From assembly GCA_027451705.1 (NCBI GenBank), contig DAIDIT010000119.1:2012-66011 (forward strand): a DNA stretch of 64,000 nt. The letters run 5' to 3'. Source of the stretch: Pseudomonadota bacterium (lineage in GTDB: Bacteria > Myxococcota > Myxococcia > Myxococcales > JAKAPL01). The notes under the pieces are model-generated. The model saw nothing but the letters and a program-made list of their open reading frames with translations, did no database searches and was not told where the DNA came from. Below are positions 54,884 through 64,000 of this stretch, one piece after another; the stretch's first letter is position 1, and every line of letters begins with the position of its first letter. A program made the translations under genes and the position numbers.

Positions 54884-56961
54884 TTCTTCCCTCCGTCGCT
54901 CTTGCCGACGAGCTGGGCGATGAACCGGCTTGGTCGACCGCTCCAGCTCACGACGAGCTCGTCGCGAGCGCGCGTCATCGCGACGTAGAGAAGCCGGCGT
55001 TCACGGGCCTCGCCCGCTTCGCGGTCTTGCGGGTCGTCATCGTTCCGAGCTGCCGCTTGGCTCGGCACGACACCGGCTGCGCAGTCAAGGACCAGAACGG
55101 CCTTGAACTCGAGGCCCTTCGCGCGATGCATGGTGCCGACGTGCACGCCAGTGGAGATCCCGCCGTCCTGGCCGGAGAGTAGGCACCAAGGGATCCCGGC
55201 CTCGCTCAGCGCGTCGCCTACCGCCTTCAGCCGGGCACCGGTGCGGGCGAAGACGCCGATTGCTTCCGGCTGAAGCCCGTCGCTCATCCAGCTCTTGATG
55301 CGCTTGACCGCTGCGGCGACTTCCTCGTCTCGCCGTTCGTAGCCGCGGAGCTCCGGTGTCGGGCCGCGCAGGAGGCTCCGAGCGCCGACGCGGGACTCCT
55401 CACCGCCGTCCATGTCGTCCGAGACGACGCCCAGAAGCCGATCGGCCACGCGCCGGATCTGCTCGGTGGTCCGGTAGTTGATGCGAAGCACCGCCGACCG
55501 GCCACGAACATCGACGCCGAGCGAGTTCAGCGAGAAGCCACCAGGATAGATACGTTGCCCGGCGTCGCCGCACACCATGAGGTTACCGAGGTGCGCAGCG
55601 CACAGAGCGCGGAGGAAGCGCAGGTCGGGCGGCCGCAGATCCTGGACCTCGTCGACGACCACGGCTGTGTAGGGAGACTCCACGCCGCCGCTGGTGAGGA
55701 TCTCCTCCGCGCGCGTGCACAGTCCCGCCCAGTCACGCATCTGTCGGTGAGCGAGGGCGTCGATGGCTCCTCCGAACACTTGCCAGAGGATCTTGCGCTC
55801 CTTGACCGAGAGTCCGCGGCCGCGTCCGGTTCGGAGGGCCTGCCGGTAGCCGTCCCAGGAGTCGATGCCCTGCAGCCGAACGACGTTGTCCCACTCGGCA
55901 CGGACGAAGGCCGCGTCGTAACCGGGTGCATGGCGGACGCGCAGCGTGTCCAGGAGCTTGTCGACGTCCTCGTCTGACGCGGGCCGTACGCGAGGCTCGA
56001 CTTGACGGACGACGTCGAGCGCCTGTTTGTGCACCGTCGAGACGGTGATGTTTCGTCGCTCGGCCTCGGTGCAGAGCTTGAGCAGGTTCCGCTGGATGTT
56101 GTCGCAAAGTGTGGAAACGAAGCTGGTGAGGAGCACTCGCTCGCCCTGGCGCGCGAGGTGTCTCGCGCGATGCATCGCCACGACGGTCTTGCCGGTGCCG
56201 GCCGAACCGGACACCTTCGCGGGACCGTTGAAGGTCCGCGAGACGAGACTCCGCTGCGACGGGTGGAGGAAGGCGACCCACCGCTCCATCGGCGCCGCCA
56301 GCGCCGCTGCGAGGTCGTTCGCATCATCGACCACGAGGAAGCGGCGCCGCGTGTCCGCGGCCTCAATGGCGGGCCTCTCCAGTGCCACTGGCTCGGGGGG
56401 TGTAACGAACTCGCCGGACGCCAGCGAGAGGAGACGCTCGCCGACCTCTTCCGGCAACTTGCCGCACACGACCAGGAGTTGGTCATCATCGCGAACGTGG
56501 CGAACCGTCGGGAGCCAGGTTTCGGGAACGCCCAAGGACAGGAGGTAGTCGTCGCCGTGGCCGATGAACAGCGGTGGGCTTTCAGGCTGCCGCAGAACCT
56601 CAACGATCTTTTCGACCTCGCGGACGGTTTCCACCGACTCGACGATCTGGAGAGCGCCGGTGACCGCATGCCGTCCGATCTCGCGCCGCTCCGCCCAGTC
56701 GTATGCGGCGTCGTGGTGGTCCGCGTAGAGGATGGCCCACGTGTCGCCGTCCTTGTGGAGGATGGCGCGGAGATCTCCCGAGACGCGGCCCGACCACACG
56801 CCCTTCGAGCGGGCTCGGTTCACGCGTTCGAGGCTCAGGCTCGGGTGCGCTGGATTGGCCTGGAAGGTGTTGATGAACTCGATGATGCGAGCCTGCTCGT
56901 TGGGCAGGAGCGCGCCGAGCGAGGAGAAGAGCTGGGGCGCGATGAGGACATTCGCCGCCAT
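54880..56961 (-). CDS. UvrD-like SF1 helicase with an N-terminal RelE/ParE-toxin-like domain
   Basis: N-terminal NPAHPSLSLERVNRARSKGVWSGRVSGDLRAILHKDGDTWAILYADHHDAAY matches the RelE/ParE consensus pattern. Helicase motifs VSGSAGTGKTVVAMHRA, VVDEVQDL, GTMHRAKGLEF and LYVAMTRARDEL. Confidence 0.7.
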   Translation of the reverse strand: MAANVLIAPQLFSSLGALLPNEQARIIEFINTFQANPAHPSLSLERVNRARSKGVWSGRVSGDLRAILHKDGDTWAILYADHHDAAYDWAERREIGRHAVTGALQIVESVETVREVEKIVEVLRQPESPPLFIGHGDDYLLSLGVPETWLPTVRHVRDDDQLLVVCGKLPEEVGERLLSLASGEFVTPPEPVALERPAIEAADTRRRFLVVDDANDLAAALAAPMERWVAFLHPSQRSLVSRTFNGPAKVSGSAGTGKTVVAMHRARHLARQGERVLLTSFVSTLCDNIQRNLLKLCTEAERRNITVSTVHKQALDVVRQVEPRVRPASDEDVDKLLDTLRVRHAPGYDAAFVRAEWDNVVRLQGIDSWDGYRQALRTGRGRGLSVKERKILWQVFGGAIDALAHRQMRDWAGLCTRAEEILTSGGVESPYTAVVVDEVQDLRPPDLRFLRALCAAHLGNLMVCGDAGQRIYPGGFSLNSLGVDVRGRSAVLRINYRTTEQIRRVADRLLGVVSDDMDGGEESRVGARSLLRGPTPELRGYERRDEEVAAAVKRIKSWMSDGLQPEAIGVFARTGARLKAVGDALSEAGIPWCLLSGQDGGISTGVHVGTMHRAKGLEFKAVLVLDCAAGVVPSQAAARNDDDPQDREAGEARERRLLYVAMTRARDELVVSWSGRPSRFIAQLVGKSDGGKK

Positions 56962-56963
56962 GG

Positions 56964-62483
<5,520 letters not shown>

Positions 62484-62485
62484 GG

Positions 62486-62677
62486 CTACTTCGCTCCTCT
62501 CGGGCGAGCCCTTGCCGGAGCCCTCACGAGCTGGCGCTCGATCCAGCTGTCGATGTCGCCCTTTCTAAATCGCCATGTCCCGGCCACCTTGAAACCGGGC
62601 AGATCTCCCCGCTTCGCGAGCCGGTAGACGGTCTTCTCGTCCACGTTCAGGTAGCCCGCAACTTCCCGCACGGTCAT
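62486..62677 (-). CDS. excisionase/MerR-family HTH protein (second copy)
   Basis: MTVREVAGYLNVDEKTVYRLAKRGDLPGFKVAGTWRFRKGDIDSWI. ATG chosen at 62677; ATG at 62713 and TTG at 62728 are alternatives. Confidence 0.7.
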   Translation of the reverse strand: MTVREVAGYLNVDEKTVYRLAKRGDLPGFKVAGTWRFRKGDIDSWIERQLVRAPARARPRGAK

Positions 62678-62773
62678 CGCGGGCAAGTCGTCCACGCGCC
62701 TCTCCTTCAGCATGAGAAACCAGGGCAATATAGTCCAACCCTGGCCGGCGGGTCTACGGGTAAGGCTACCGCA

Positions 62774-63157
62774 CTACCGCTGCTGGTCGATGCGCGCGCG
62801 GAGGCTTGCCCACGCCCGGCGCTGGTCGACCCAAAGGAGCGATCGGAGCACGCCTTCGCGGAGCACACGCTCGCTGATCGGCTGCGCTCCGGGGGTGACC
62901 TCAAGAAAGAGTATCTCCTCCTGGATGTCGGCGGCGAGCAGGAGCAGGTCCATGATCTGCGTGACCCGCGCGCGGGTGAATCCGAGGGAGCGCGCCATGT
63001 CGGCGTAGTCGGAGAACTCGCCGTCGTTGACGCGGCGCTGGAGCGCATGCGCGAGGGCGAGCTGGCGCGCGATCCGCGCTGGGTAGCGACGCGGAGTGCG
63101 CGCGGCGGCTCGCTTACGCGCCTTCGTGCCGAAGGTGATGACGCCGCTCTCGATCAC
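62774..63157 (-). CDS. ParB/KorB-like HTH protein (second copy)
   Basis: DMARSLGFTRARVTQIMDLLLLAADIQEEILFLE aligns by eye with 16883-17286. The start overlaps the recombinase stop. Confidence 0.65.
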   Translation of the reverse strand: MIESGVITFGTKARKRAAARTPRRYPARIARQLALAHALQRRVNDGEFSDYADMARSLGFTRARVTQIMDLLLLAADIQEEILFLEVTPGAQPISERVLREGVLRSLLWVDQRRAWASLRARIDQQR

Positions 63158-64000
63158 GACGCGACCTCCTCTGCGATTTGGGCCGCAGCCGGCACCGGGC
63201 TGGGCGCAACGCGTAGCTCGTGGTACGCGACCCGGAAGCCGCCAGCGTCGAGGTCGACGACGACGCGATCAATGAGAAGGTGCAAGAGCTCGCGCTGCTC
63301 CTGCGGCACGAGCGCACCCCACAGCGTCCCGAAACCGTCGAGGAGGCGTGCCACGCGCTCGACCTGGCGCTGCGCGCCCGTGAGCGCCCGCAGCCGGTCC
63401 TCGACTTCGCCGAGCTGGATGCGCAGGTGGTCGACCTCGCTCTCGATCTCGCCGAGCCTGGTCGCGAGCGTCTTCCCTCCGCTGGCGCCGGCGTCGCTGA
63501 AGGCGGCGAGGAGGCGCTTGGATTCCGCGTTGCGCTCCTCGATGCGCGCGAGCAACTGGACGCGCGTGGCCTCCGCCGCGCTGAGCGCCCCCGTGTCGCT
63601 GAAGAAGCGGTCGAGGATCTTCTGTCGGACCTCGCCGCGCGTCGCGACCTCCTTCACCTGCGCCACGACCGCCTCCTCGATGTCCATCGCGGGCAGGTGC
63701 CCGGTCGGGCAGCGGCCACCGTGCTGCTGCTGGTGAACGCAGCGGTAGTAGCGGTACTTCTTCCCGTTGCGGCTCGTGCCCTGCGAGGAGGTCATCGCCG
63801 CGTCGCAGGGCCCGCAGTGGAGCAGGCCGGTGAGGATGTACTCCGACTTGCGGTTCGTGCGGATGCGGCCGGTGCTGCGCAGGCTCATGCTCTCGGCGAC
63901 CTTCTCGAACGCCTCGAGCGAGACGAGCGGCTCGTGCTCCCCGGCGTGGAGTTGCCCGTCGCCCGTGCGCGTCTTGCCGACATAGATCGGGTTGCGAAGC
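63154..64000 (-). CDS. large serine recombinase, C-terminal part (N-terminus beyond the window end)
   Basis: The frame stays open to position 64000 (hand-translated ...LRNPIYVGKTRTGDGQLHAGEHEPLVSLEAFEKVAESMSLRS...). Zinc ribbon LHCGPCDAAM...YYRCVHQQQHGGRC, followed by a coiled-coil tail. Confidence 0.8.
   Translation of the reverse strand, partial: LRNPIYVGKTRTGDGQLHAGEHEPLVSLEAFEKVAESMSLRSTGRIRTNRKSEYILTGLLHCGPCDAAMTSSQGTSRNGKKYRYYRCVHQQQHGGRCPTGHLPAMDIEEAVVAQVKEVATRGEVRQKILDRFFSDTGALSAAEATRVQLLARIEERNAESKRLLAAFSDAGASGGKTLATRLGEIESEVDHLRIQLGEVEDRLRALTGAQRQVERVARLLDGFGTLWGALVPQEQRELLHLLIDRVVVDLDAGGFRVAYHELRVAPSPVPAAAQIAEEVAS

Overview
High-GC bacterial DNA that reads as a mobile-element and defence-island mosaic in three strand-coherent blocks. 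No rRNA, tRNA or CRISPR array was recognised. All domain calls come from motifs read by eye and need HMM or structure confirmation.

(1) 0.06-14.3 kb, almost all minus strand. This is a phage/plasmid-like replication and regulation module. It holds a LexA-family repressor followed by two unknown genes, a Com-like zinc finger, an ECF-like sigma factor, small ORFs and a possible SSB-like protein. It also holds a DinG/XPD-like helicase, an XPB/Res-like SF2 helicase and a TOPRIM primase fused to a P4/D5-type NTPase. A plus-strand pair of nuclease-like genes and an iteron-like 9-mer array lie at 0.7-1.0 kb.

(2) 14.7-37.6 kb, all plus strand. A recombination module (DUF2924, large serine recombinase, ParB-like HTH, Xis-like HTH) leads into a DISARM-like locus: SNF2 helicase, a very large N6-adenine methyltransferase, and a helicase-DUF1998-endonuclease fusion. 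Next come a TcmP/DUF5131 (Gp37/Gp68 three-Cys) pair, an IS4-family insertion with clean inverted repeats and target duplication, and a reverse-transcriptase-nitrilase (DRT1-like) gene.

(3) 38.15-64 kb, all minus strand. A second paralogous recombinase/HTH/Xis-like module runs off the window end. It leads into a second, rearranged DISARM-like locus with an extra RelE-like-UvrD helicase. After that come a coiled-coil ABC-type ATPase, an SF1 helicase-nuclease giant protein, a 49-codon ORF and Gabija (gajA-gajB).

The candidates for undescribed biology that I rate highest are:
- the TcmP-DUF5131-RT-nitrilase operon, reconstructed by removing the IS;
- the ATPase plus helicase-nuclease pair that is translationally coupled to the second methyltransferase;
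- the lexA-led two-gene cassette.
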